Shown: positions 50,901 to 59,374 of the stretch, piece by piece
Numbering within the stretch: the first letter of the stretch is position 1
Layout of the letters: each line of letters begins with the position of its first letter
Origin: Bacilli bacterium
GTDB lineage: Bacteria > Bacillota_I > Bacilli_A > RF39 > UBA660
Length of the DNA: 59,855 bases
Reading direction: 5' to 3'
Assembly: GCA_007117695.1 (NCBI GenBank)
Contig: SKFZ01000011.1
Location: 1 to 59,855 of the forward strand
Program-made: the position numbers and the translations under genes
The notes under the pieces: generated by a model
The model's input: only the letters and a program-made list of their open reading frames with translations
What the model was told of the DNA's origin: nothing
Database searches by the model: none

Positions 50901-51426
50901 CACCTTCATCATTTTTTATTAATGGACCTATGACATTTAGAGGATTTCCCAAATAGTCTGTTGCACTAACCTCAGGAAGAACATATCTCTCATTTACTTC
51001 TACAGTTTGATTTGTGCCACCCGATATAGAAATTATTGGCATGTATGATTCAGATGCAGTATCACAATCATCTTCAGTATAATCAAAATTGTATTGACTA
51101 TAATCTTCGTTATAAGTAACTACAATACAACCTTTTAACTCTTCATTAGTTCTAGGATCGATTATTTCATCGGTATTTATAATTCCCTCTGCTTTAAAAC
51201 GGTCTATATCAAAAAAGAATATTCCCTCTTGATCAACAGGTAAAGAGTTAATATTTTCAATTGACCAACCTCTTAAGCTACTCTCTAATCTTTCTATTTG
51301 TTCATAATATAATCTTTCTTTTGTTCTTTCTATACTATAATTTATAGACAGTACCGACACAGTTGAAATTATTGCAATAACTATTATTACAGCTAGCACT
51401 TCTATTAAAGTAAATCCTTTTTTCAT
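47923..51426 (-). CDS. Giant type IV pilin-anchored protein with tandem Ig-like repeats
   Basis: MKKG|FTLIEVLAVIIVIAII; two DUF5011-like Ig domains (ATDYLG, LTYTVSDWYGN); ~92-96-aa repeats ending DNAGN...RIDxTxP. Confidence 0.9.
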   Translation of the reverse strand: MKKGFTLIEVLAVIIVIAIISTVSVLSINYSIERTKERLYYEQIERLESSLRGWSIENINSLPVDQEGIFFFDIDRFKAEGIINTDEIIDPRTNEELKGCIVVTYNEDYSQYNFDYTEDDCDTASESYMPIISISGGTNQTVEVNERYVLPEVSATDYLGNPLNVIGPLIKNDEGEIVRSIETNVLSEKSNPYDYEILYRVVDENLKLETEEIVYLKVDDTTSPTIEILESTRPSSIVHEAGHAFSIPDMNLNDNSCDEEDPSINRCDVELFDLDQVVVTTNLDLHMVGQYSLTYTVSDWYGNERSLSLNVEIEDTTPPTVPTFELRLNNSSGSMYDSSWTNENVWLGNVEANDIGVGVDRYEYTLNCDATNPTWQEYTNPITFNTTREDELCLRAIDYEGNVSEASSMRSLLIDKDIPTAPSISGASTSWTNGSRTISISGGNPGPSGVDRYQYRTRLSGDSWGSWTNYSSSITYDSEMDREIQARIIDNAGNTGSATSTRYIRIDRTNPSVSCSPTSTSWGNSNVSVSVSVSDSLSGLSSVRSRTSSNNGSSWGSWTNRAGSFTQTFSSNGTHRVNIEAIDNANNPRVVDCGPYRVDQTAPTASFSPNSQTSWNNNNVSVSISASDSGGSGYRRMRTRVSSNNGSSYGSWSSYTTSSSTSRTLSGSGEHRIQVQVEDHAGNVSTLTSGVYRIDQTNPTAPSISGGSTTWTNGNRTISISGGNAGPSGRDRYQYRTRPSGGSWGSWTNYSSSITYSSTTNIEIQARVVDNAGNTGSASSTAHVRIDKTNPNVSFSPTSSSWGNSNVVVTVTGSDSGGSGYRRMRIRTSSNDGSSYGSWSSYSTSTSVNRTLSSTGINRIQVEVEDNAGNTRTVTSGRYRIDKTSPTVSFSPSSQTSWGNSAVTVTVTGSDSGGSGYRRMRIRTSTNDGSSYGSWSSYSTSTSVNRNLSGSGTYRVQVQVEDNAGNTNTVTSGRFRIDRVTPTITYSPNSNSTWSTSHSTVLSGSPGISGTNTFRYIWASSSSPSSSSIIYNHTSGTTRTYNSAIQGTRYLWARLCDGAGNCRMTSSGGFRIDNTIPTINSVTCSYHSVSQQFRVNFSASSSSGIARYSARFDGVTRSSTTSSLLTWSIPSHSAPAGTVTIQNIQIRNNTGRETNTSRTCSITHFSN
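48484..50172 (-). repeat. Intragenic repeat array with A-B-B / A-B-B order, ~280-aa period
   Basis: A units (TAPSISG..WTNG..RYQYRTR) start near 50172 and 49332; B units (SFSP..SDSGGSGYRRMR) near 49896, 49620, 49056, 48771; long identical DNA stretches between units. Confidence 0.9.
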
Positions 51427-51489
51427 CCTATTCCTCCACTATGTATTATTATATTAAATATAACATAAACACACATAAAAAGAAAGAAA

Positions 51490-51517
51490 AAAACAACAAA
51501 GAAATCTTTGTTGTTTT
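51490..51517 (-). terminator. Terminator after DUF5684 gene
   Basis: AAAACAACAAAGA-AA-TCTTTGTTGTTTT with T-run on minus strand. Confidence 0.75.
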
Positions 51518-51529
51518 AAGGTTAAATGG

Positions 51530-51907
51530 TTAAGCAATGTACTCGGCATCGCCAAACCCAAGTAACATATACCCTATAAATGGGAACAAAAATAAAATTA
51601 TTGCAAATCCTATATCTTTGCCAAACGCTTCTGCTAATTTAACCGCAAATAAAATACTTACTATAATATTAACGAATGGTATTAATAGCAAAATTATCAT
51701 CCATAAATCAAGTTTCGCAATTTGAAACATTACAATTACATTATAAATAGGAATCAAAACTTCCCATCCGCCTCTTCCTGCTTTTTGAAATGTTTTCCAC
51801 AATCCTGCGATAGTAAGAATTAGTAGTATAAATGTAATGAATAAAAATGCACCACCAAATATGGCTAATCCATCAGATGTGTAAGTATAGTCTGTAGTTG
51901 TATACAT
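51530..51907 (-). CDS. DUF5684-type membrane protein
   Basis: WKTFQKAGRGGWEVLIPIYN, LAEAFGK, LGFGDAEY. Confidence 0.85.
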   Translation of the reverse strand: MYTTTDYTYTSDGLAIFGGAFLFITFILLILTIAGLWKTFQKAGRGGWEVLIPIYNVIVMFQIAKLDLWMIILLLIPFVNIIVSILFAVKLAEAFGKDIGFAIILFLFPFIGYMLLGFGDAEYIA

Positions 51908-51999
51908 AACATACTCACCCCCTATCTAGTAACAATTGTTAATACAAAGTAAACCTACTATCTACTTTATATTATAATACCACTATTTCTAGCATAAAT

Positions 52000-54363
52000 C
52001 TATTTGTCTCTTAATTTTGCATCAATATTTTTTTCTACTTCATCTATTATTTTGTTTAATAAGTCATTTGCAAATTCATCTGATAAAGTTTGGTTTTTAT
52101 CTCCAAAAACCATGTTGAACGCCACTGATTTAGTACCATCATCAAAATTATAAATATCAAAAACCGATAAACTTTTTAAATATTTATTAGCTACTTTTCT
52201 AATATGCTTTTCTATTTTAGATGCTTTAATAGAATTATCAACTACGAAAGCTACATCCTTGTTTATAGTTGGGTACTTAGAAATATCTCTACATTTAATT
52301 CCCCTAACTTTAAGTTCCATTAATTTTGATAAATCAATTTCAAAAACAAATACTTCTTCCTTGCTTAATAAAGGGTGTACCTGACCTAAATATCCAATAT
52401 GAATTTTATTAACATATATGCTTGTAGATCTATGTGGGTGATAATTATTTGGAAGTTCTTCATCAATAAACTCATATCTATCAGCAAGACCAAGTGAATT
52501 AAGAAAGTTCTCGACAATTCCTTTTGTTAAGTAAAAATCTGCTTTCAAACTAATTTGTTGCACTTCATTAGATAAATATGTGCCACTAATTAAACCCGCC
52601 ACTAATACTTTTGAATCGTAACCGTTATTCTTATAATATACATCACTAACTTCAAATATGTTTACGTTTTTAACCCCTCTTGAGAAATTATATTTATAAT
52701 TTTCAAATAAACTAGCAACTAAGTTTTGGCGGCAAACTTTTTTATCTTCACTCATTGGATTAGCTATAGTTATTTTGTCATGATAATAGCTAAACTCATT
52801 TAAATCTCTAGCAAGCGTATAATTAACTGCCTCTACTAAGCCCAAGTTAGATAAAACATCTTGCGCATCTCTAATTAATTTACCAGTTTTAGTATAACTA
52901 CCTCTTTTAACTTCAAATACAGGAAGTTTCCCTTCAAGGTTATCATAGCCATGGATTCTACCAACTTCTTCAATTAAATCTTCTTTTATTTCTATATCAA
53001 GCCTTCTTCTTGGAACATGTACTTCAAAATGTCCTTTATTTTTAACTTTGAAATTCAACCTTTCAAAAACTGCGACAACTTCTTTACTTGTGATATTCAT
53101 GCCTAAAGTTTCTTGTATATCTGATAAAGTTACTTTAATAACCTTATCATCTTTTTCTAATTCATCATGAATTAAAATACCTTTATTAACTTTACCTGAA
53201 GCATATTTTTCAAGTAAGTGACATGCTCTTTTAAGCGCAAATAAAGTAATATTTGGATCAATGCCTTTTTCAAACCTGCTTGATGCTTCGCTTCTTAAAA
53301 CTTTTTTAGAAGTTAACCTAACATTAGTTTTATTAAACTGAGCCGCCTCTATTAAAATATTTTTAGTATTATTAGAAACCTCAGTATCAAGACTTCCCAT
53401 GACTCCTGCTAAAGCGATTGGAGTTTTAGAATCTGTTACTAAAACATCATTAGAATCAACATCTCTAACTACATCATCCAAAGTAGTTATACTTTTAAAG
53501 TCGTCTCCCATAGTAATTAGGATTTTACTATTTAATTTATCTGCGTCGAAAAAATGAAGCGGCTGACCAGTCTCAAGCATTACATAATTACTAATATCTA
53601 CAACATTATTAATCGGTCTAATTCCACTTGCAATCAATCTTGATTTTATAAATTGAGGTGAGTCCTTAATTTCAACATCACTAACTAATTTTGCTAAATA
53701 AGCCATACATTTATTTGTTTCTACTTTTAAACTAAATTTGTCAGATACTTTATCATTTATTTCATTAAAACTAATATCTGGCATATTAACTTTTCTACCA
53801 TATATTGCTGAAACTTCGTAAGCCATTCCTATTATGCTCATTAAATCTCCACGATCTGCTGTTAAATCAAAATCAATAATATAATCATCGAAATGCAAAT
53901 ATTCATTTGGATCCTCACCCGCAGCAGCGGAATCTTCTAATTCGTGAATTCCATCAATATCACTTTGCTTTAAAAGTGACTTATCTATACCTAACTCAAG
54001 AAGTGAGCATATCATACCGTTAGACTCAACACCTAAAATTTTTGTCTTTTTAATTTTAAAATCTCCCGGAAGAACTGCGCCTTCTTTGGCAACTACAACT
54101 TTTAACCCTTTTCTAACATTGGGTGCACCACAAATTATTGTTAAAACTTCATCTTTAACATCAACAGTACAAATACTTAATTTGTCACTTTGCTCATGTT
54201 TTTTACATTCTAAAACTTCACCAACAACTAAATTTTTAGAACTTGCTAATCTCTTAATAGATTCATATTCGTTCCCTACATTAAGCATCTTATCAGCTAA
54301 TTCATATACATCTATATCGCTTAAATCTATATAATCGTTTAAAAAATTTCTACTAAGCTTCAT
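52000..54363 (-). CDS. pheT: Phenylalanine--tRNA ligase beta subunit
   Basis: ICGAPNV, SNGMICS, RPINNVVDISNYVMLETGQPLH, DLIEEVGRIHGY. Confidence 0.98.
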   Translation of the reverse strand: MKLSRNFLNDYIDLSDIDVYELADKMLNVGNEYESIKRLASSKNLVVGEVLECKKHEQSDKLSICTVDVKDEVLTIICGAPNVRKGLKVVVAKEGAVLPGDFKIKKTKILGVESNGMICSLLELGIDKSLLKQSDIDGIHELEDSAAAGEDPNEYLHFDDYIIDFDLTADRGDLMSIIGMAYEVSAIYGRKVNMPDISFNEINDKVSDKFSLKVETNKCMAYLAKLVSDVEIKDSPQFIKSRLIASGIRPINNVVDISNYVMLETGQPLHFFDADKLNSKILITMGDDFKSITTLDDVVRDVDSNDVLVTDSKTPIALAGVMGSLDTEVSNNTKNILIEAAQFNKTNVRLTSKKVLRSEASSRFEKGIDPNITLFALKRACHLLEKYASGKVNKGILIHDELEKDDKVIKVTLSDIQETLGMNITSKEVVAVFERLNFKVKNKGHFEVHVPRRRLDIEIKEDLIEEVGRIHGYDNLEGKLPVFEVKRGSYTKTGKLIRDAQDVLSNLGLVEAVNYTLARDLNEFSYYHDKITIANPMSEDKKVCRQNLVASLFENYKYNFSRGVKNVNIFEVSDVYYKNNGYDSKVLVAGLISGTYLSNEVQQISLKADFYLTKGIVENFLNSLGLADRYEFIDEELPNNYHPHRSTSIYVNKIHIGYLGQVHPLLSKEEVFVFEIDLSKLMELKVRGIKCRDISKYPTINKDVAFVVDNSIKASKIEKHIRKVANKYLKSLSVFDIYNFDDGTKSVAFNMVFGDKNQTLSDEFANDLLNKIIDEVEKNIDAKLRDK

Positions 54364-55402
54364 CTTCAAGTCCTCCCTTTCTGTTAAATTGATTTAAAAA
54401 TCTAAGATCATTAGTATAAAAATCTCTAATATCAGATATCCCATATTTAAGCATTGCTACTCTTTCAATTCCTAAACCAAAAGCAAAGCCTTTATAAACC
54501 TCAGGGTCATATCCACTCATTTTCAAAACATTAGGATGGACCATACCTGAACCTAAAATTTCGATAAATCCTGTATTTGAACAAAAAGAACAACCTTTTC
54601 CCTTACACTTAAAACATGAGATATCAACTTCAATACTTGGTTCTGTAAAAGGAAAGTAACTTGGCCTAAACCTAACTTTTACATCTTTTCCAAATATTTT
54701 TTTAGCAAACTCCTCTAAAGTTCCTTTTAAGTGAGCTAAAGAAATGTTTTTTCCAATTACTAACCCTTCAATTTGCATAAATTGATGTGAATGGGTTGGG
54801 TCGTCATCATCTCTTCTATATGTTTTTCCAGGCGAAATAATTCTTATTTCTCCTTCACTCTTTTCCATTGTCCTAACTTGGACTGGTGATGTTTGAGTTC
54901 TTAATAAGACTTCATCATTTACATAAAAAGTGTCTTGAGCATCTCTTGCAGGATGATTTTTTGGTAAATTTAACTTCTCAAAATTATATAAATCAAACTC
55001 AACTTCAGGACCTTCAACAACATCATATCCCATAGATACAAAAATTTCTTCAATCTCTCTTCTTACTTTAGTAAGAGGGTGAACAAAGCCTAATGGCAAT
55101 TTAGTACTTGGCAAAGAAGTATCTATTTTCTCATCTAGCAACCTTTTTTCTAACTCTTTTGATTCTAGTTTTTCAAGTAAATCCTCAATTTTTTTAGAAA
55201 CTTCTTTTTTTGTTTCATTTAAACTTTTACCAAAATCTTTTTTTTCATCATTAGATAAATCTTTAATTAATGGACTAAGTTTTTGAATCTCCCCTTTTTT
55301 ACCTAAATATTTTACTCTAAGTTCATTTAAATCTTTAATATTATCAATGCTTTTGATTTCTTCGTTAAACATTTGTTTAATTTCTACTACCTTTTCTTTC
55401 AT
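54353..55402 (-). CDS. pheS: Phenylalanine--tRNA ligase alpha subunit
   Basis: HPARDAQDTF, LRTQTSPVQ, FRPSYFPFTEPS, GFAFGLGIER. Confidence 0.99.
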   Translation of the reverse strand: MKEKVVEIKQMFNEEIKSIDNIKDLNELRVKYLGKKGEIQKLSPLIKDLSNDEKKDFGKSLNETKKEVSKKIEDLLEKLESKELEKRLLDEKIDTSLPSTKLPLGFVHPLTKVRREIEEIFVSMGYDVVEGPEVEFDLYNFEKLNLPKNHPARDAQDTFYVNDEVLLRTQTSPVQVRTMEKSEGEIRIISPGKTYRRDDDDPTHSHQFMQIEGLVIGKNISLAHLKGTLEEFAKKIFGKDVKVRFRPSYFPFTEPSIEVDISCFKCKGKGCSFCSNTGFIEILGSGMVHPNVLKMSGYDPEVYKGFAFGLGIERVAMLKYGISDIRDFYTNDLRFLNQFNRKGGLEDEA

Positions 55403-55425
55403 AATATTTCCTCCTTATTATAGTA

Positions 55426-55628
55426 TAAAAAAATCACATCCTAACAATAAGGACGTGATTACGTGGTACCACCTTAATTCGCAGTATAAACTGCCTCAAA
55501 CACTATATCGCGTGACCGGACATTATTAATGTCTGCTAGAAGATGAATTCATAAATGGTTACTATTAGTTTGCACCACCACTAACTCGCTTAAAGTAACT
55601 TTTTTACTACTACTTCTTCATCAATGCA
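55426..55628 (-). promoter_or_regulatory. T-box riboswitch (Phe)
   Basis: Stem I AGCGAGTTAGTGGTGGTGCAAA, TTC specifier in GAATTCATC, T-box AAGGGTGGTACCACG, terminator AATCACGTCCT/AGGATGTGATT plus T-run. Confidence 0.93.
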
Positions 55629-55680
55629 TTAATTGATTGATTAAATTATAACACATGTTAATATTGCTTTCAACATTATG

Positions 55681-57291
55681 TTATGTTTGTTCTTTTATAT
55701 CTCTTTTATTATATGTAATGAAACCAATAACTATTAAAATAATTGCGATTAAAATCATTACTAAAAGTGGGATAACTTTAATTTCGCCTACCGGATAGTT
55801 TGGAATGTTTCCAAAAGGAGTAGTTTTAATAATTATTTCTGAAATATTTAATAAATCTCCTAAGTAACTTACGAAAAAGGAGTATGCTATATATAGCCAA
55901 ACTATAGGTGTTGCTTTTTCATAAATTCCGTTTAAAAATATAGCAAGTCCTATCATTATTAACATTGCTGGATAATATACTACAATCGATTTAAGCATTG
56001 TAAAAAGTGATATCGGATCATCCATAACTTGACTTGATGCAAAGTAAAGGCCATATGCTGATAAAATTAACATTAAAAATCCCAAAACTAATGAAATTAT
56101 TAAATTGGTAAGTAATAATTCGTTTTTCGATACACTTTTAGAAAGGATATTTTCAATTCTTTTCTTTTTCTCTTCACTCCTTATTTTCAGTGCGAAAATA
56201 ACTGCTGGAATTGTCCCTATAATTGCCATAACAAGCATTATCACTGTCATAAATTGTTCGCTTAACGAAAAGTTAGAGTTTGCTTCAATTAATTGTTGGA
56301 TCATTTCATTACTTAAAATAAATTGTTCCAAATCTCCAAATATAGATCCATATGTAACCCCTAATAAAAACATTGTAATAAACCACGCGATTATACTAGT
56401 TCTTTGAAGTCTCAAATATAAACCTAGTGGCGTTTTCAAAAACTTTGAGGCACTATTTCGACCAGGCTTTGAGGCTATAAAACCGGAACCTAGATCACGA
56501 ATAGAATTTAAATATAAAGCTAGCCCAAATAATAAAACTGACCAAACAAACATTATTAATATAGGCCACCAATTATTAATCACATATGGATATGTTCGCA
56601 ATATTAAGCCAAGTGGTGATATTAATGAAAGCATTTCACTACTAACATCACCTACTGCTCTTATAAGGTATGCTAACATTAAGAAAGCAAAAGAGTAAAA
56701 AATAGTACTACGACTATTTTCCGCTAATTGAGCAAAAACTAATGTCAAAGATGAAAAAAACATTCCTGTAACTGCTAGTGTTGCTGCATACACTAGTGAA
56801 CCTTCTAATGTAATATTTTCTATACCTGTTAAATACATGAAAATAGTCATTAATAAAAAGAGTAAGATAAAAGAGGTACTCATCACCTTGTTTATTGCAA
56901 GACCTACTGATAGTCTTCCAACAGGAAGTGATCTAATCATCTCAATTAATCCTTCTTCTTCATCGGCTCTTGTATTTTTGTTTACAATCAAAATAGCCAT
57001 TATACTTACCGCAATCGCAGTAAACAAAAGCATTTGGTGTGACATTTGAGCACCAACATGATAATTATCAAGCCCTTCGCTAGGACCAACCATTACCGTC
57101 ATAGCAGGATTTTTCATAGTCTCAGCCATTGCAAACATTTCTTCTTGTGAACTATATAATTCAGTAAAAGCTCCAACTACCATTACATTTATCGCAATAA
57201 TAGATATTATCCAAATACTTATTGTTATCCAATTTCTTTTTACAATTAATTTTATTAAATCAAATGTTCTTTTGTACAAATTCATATCCAT
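55681..57291 (-). CDS. ABC-2 type exporter permease (TnrB3-like)
   Basis: About 12 TM helices in two halves; TRADEEEGLIEMIRSLPVGR, RDLGSG. Confidence 0.88.
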   Translation of the reverse strand: MDMNLYKRTFDLIKLIVKRNWITISIWIISIIAINVMVVGAFTELYSSQEEMFAMAETMKNPAMTVMVGPSEGLDNYHVGAQMSHQMLLFTAIAVSIMAILIVNKNTRADEEEGLIEMIRSLPVGRLSVGLAINKVMSTSFILLFLLMTIFMYLTGIENITLEGSLVYAATLAVTGMFFSSLTLVFAQLAENSRSTIFYSFAFLMLAYLIRAVGDVSSEMLSLISPLGLILRTYPYVINNWWPILIMFVWSVLLFGLALYLNSIRDLGSGFIASKPGRNSASKFLKTPLGLYLRLQRTSIIAWFITMFLLGVTYGSIFGDLEQFILSNEMIQQLIEANSNFSLSEQFMTVIMLVMAIIGTIPAVIFALKIRSEEKKKRIENILSKSVSKNELLLTNLIISLVLGFLMLILSAYGLYFASSQVMDDPISLFTMLKSIVVYYPAMLIMIGLAIFLNGIYEKATPIVWLYIAYSFFVSYLGDLLNISEIIIKTTPFGNIPNYPVGEIKVIPLLVMILIAIILIVIGFITYNKRDIKEQT

Positions 57292-57292
57292 C

Positions 57293-58183
57293 TTAATCAA
57301 CCTCTACGTTTTCATAATGACGCATGAATAATTCTTCTAATGTTGGCGGATAACTTTCTATTTTAACAACTTCAAAATCGCTTATCTTTTTTATAATATC
57401 TGGCAGCATGCTATTATCTACTTGGAATGAATATCCACTCTCTTTTTTAGCAAAAGAATGTATTCCACTTAATTTTTCAATACCTTTAATTTCTTTTTTA
57501 GTTTCAGCATAAATATTTGTCCTAGTTAAATGCTTCATTTCTTTTAAAATTCCACTTTCAATTATTTTCCCATTTTTTATAATGCTTACTTTATCACAAA
57601 GTTTTTCTACCTCGACTAAAATATGACTAGATAGCAAAACGCTTTTGCCCTCTTTTTTTACTTCAGCAATACATTTATGAAACTCTTGTTCCATTAATGG
57701 ATCTAGACCACTTGTCGGTTCATCTAATATGAATAAATCTGCATCAGATGCGAAGGCTGCTATTAATGCAACTTTTTGTCTATTACCTTTTGAATATGTT
57801 CTACACTTTTTAGATGTGTCCAAATTAAATCTTTTTATTAACTCATCTCTTTTTTGTTTGTTAACTTCTCCTCTAAGCGAGGTAAATAAATCGATAACCT
57901 CACCACCAGTTAAGTTAGGCCATAAGTTTACTTCTCCTGGAACATATGCAACCTTTTTGTGTATTTCAACAGCATCGCTCCATGCATCCATTTTAAAAAC
58001 TTTTGTATCTCCTTCATCAGCTTTTAAAATACCTAAAATAACTCTAATTGCTGTTGTTTTTCCGGCACCATTAGGTCCGATAAAACCATAAACTTCTCCT
58101 TTTTTTATCTCAAGATCAATCTTATCTAATGCTTTTAATTTACCAAATTTTTTTGTAACACCTTTTACTTCCAAAACTTTCAT
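57293..58183 (-). CDS. ABC exporter ATP-binding subunit
   Basis: GPNGAGKTT, YSKGNRQK, ILDEPTSGLDP, SSH. Confidence 0.96.
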   Translation of the reverse strand: MKVLEVKGVTKKFGKLKALDKIDLEIKKGEVYGFIGPNGAGKTTAIRVILGILKADEGDTKVFKMDAWSDAVEIHKKVAYVPGEVNLWPNLTGGEVIDLFTSLRGEVNKQKRDELIKRFNLDTSKKCRTYSKGNRQKVALIAAFASDADLFILDEPTSGLDPLMEQEFHKCIAEVKKEGKSVLLSSHILVEVEKLCDKVSIIKNGKIIESGILKEMKHLTRTNIYAETKKEIKGIEKLSGIHSFAKKESGYSFQVDNSMLPDIIKKISDFEVVKIESYPPTLEELFMRHYENVEVD

Positions 58184-58208
58184 AGTTCACCTCTGATCAT
58201 ATTATATC

Positions 58209-58240
58209 AAAAAAAAAGAAATGTTTTATAACATTTCTTT
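58209..58240 (-). terminator. pgi terminator overlapping the last codons
   Basis: AAAGAAATGTT-N4-AACATTTCTTT plus T-run. Confidence 0.75.
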
Positions 58241-59374
58241 AATTTCTTTTTTGTATGCTTCGACTCCTGGTTGATTAAATGGGTTTACTCCCTGAATATA
58301 TGAACTATAGTAGCAAGACAACATAAAAAACTGCATTAAATAACCCATATGGTACTCATCAATTTTATCTATTTCAATCAAATTAGAACTTATATCTCCT
58401 GAAAAATGAGCTTTTAAAGTCGCATCACAAGCAATGCTGTTTAATGAACTTACGCTTTTATTCATAGATGTAATGTCATTTTTACTTTTTACAACCTTAA
58501 ACACAGTTTGAAAAAGTATAGGACTTCCTTCTTGGATAAATTGACCTAATGAATGAAGGTCTCTTGTGTTTAATATTGTCATAGGAAGAATACCATTTTT
58601 ATTTTTTCCTAATGTTTCTCCATAAAGTTGAGAAATCCATTTTAAAAATATGTATAGCTTTGGTTCGTAGCAAACGTATGCCTCAACTGGTTTTTGAACT
58701 TTAAAAAATTCATCTCTAACTTGAGCATATTTAATGATGTCATCTTTATTAGAAATAGCATCCATAGCCCCTCTTTTTAGTTCCATAACATTAATCCCCG
58801 CATAAATAAGAGGAAATAATCCTACTGGTGTAAAAACAGAAAATCTACCTCCTATAGTTTTAGGTATTTCTAAAAACTCACATTCATTTTCTTTCGCCAA
58901 AGTATGAAGAGGACTTCCAGCATCAGAGGTGATAATAATTTTGTTTTTATTAACATAATTTTTCAAAACATTAAAAGCAGTTGAAACTTCTAGTGTAGTT
59001 CCTGATTTGCTAATAACATTTAAATAAACATTCTTATCTTTTAACTCTTCTATTAAATCATGCAAATAATCACTTGATAAACTATTTCCTGCATAGTAAA
59101 CACCTTTATCATCAAAGTAGCCACTTAAAGCGTCAATTAAGGCCTTAGAACCTAAGTAAGACCCACCTATTCCAACAACTACTAAAACGCCATTATCATC
59201 CTTGATTTTTTTCGCTAGATTACTCATTTTAGAAATTAATCTTTCTTCAAACAATTCATCTAAATCATAAAATGAATGCGCATCTTTTATCCTTATCAAA
59301 TAATCATTATAGTCCTCATAGCATATTTTTTTAACATTTATGTTAGTATATTTTTCAAATTCAAAATTAATCAT
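58226..59374 (-). CDS. pgi: Glucose-6-phosphate isomerase (short form)
   Basis: GIGGSYLG, SKSGTTLE, IGGRFSV, DLHSLGQ, PFNQPGVEAYK; ATGA overlap with upstream gene. Confidence 0.95.
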   Translation of the reverse strand: MINFEFEKYTNINVKKICYEDYNDYLIRIKDAHSFYDLDELFEERLISKMSNLAKKIKDDNGVLVVVGIGGSYLGSKALIDALSGYFDDKGVYYAGNSLSSDYLHDLIEELKDKNVYLNVISKSGTTLEVSTAFNVLKNYVNKNKIIITSDAGSPLHTLAKENECEFLEIPKTIGGRFSVFTPVGLFPLIYAGINVMELKRGAMDAISNKDDIIKYAQVRDEFFKVQKPVEAYVCYEPKLYIFLKWISQLYGETLGKNKNGILPMTILNTRDLHSLGQFIQEGSPILFQTVFKVVKSKNDITSMNKSVSSLNSIACDATLKAHFSGDISSNLIEIDKIDEYHMGYLMQFFMLSCYYSSYIQGVNPFNQPGVEAYKKEIKEML

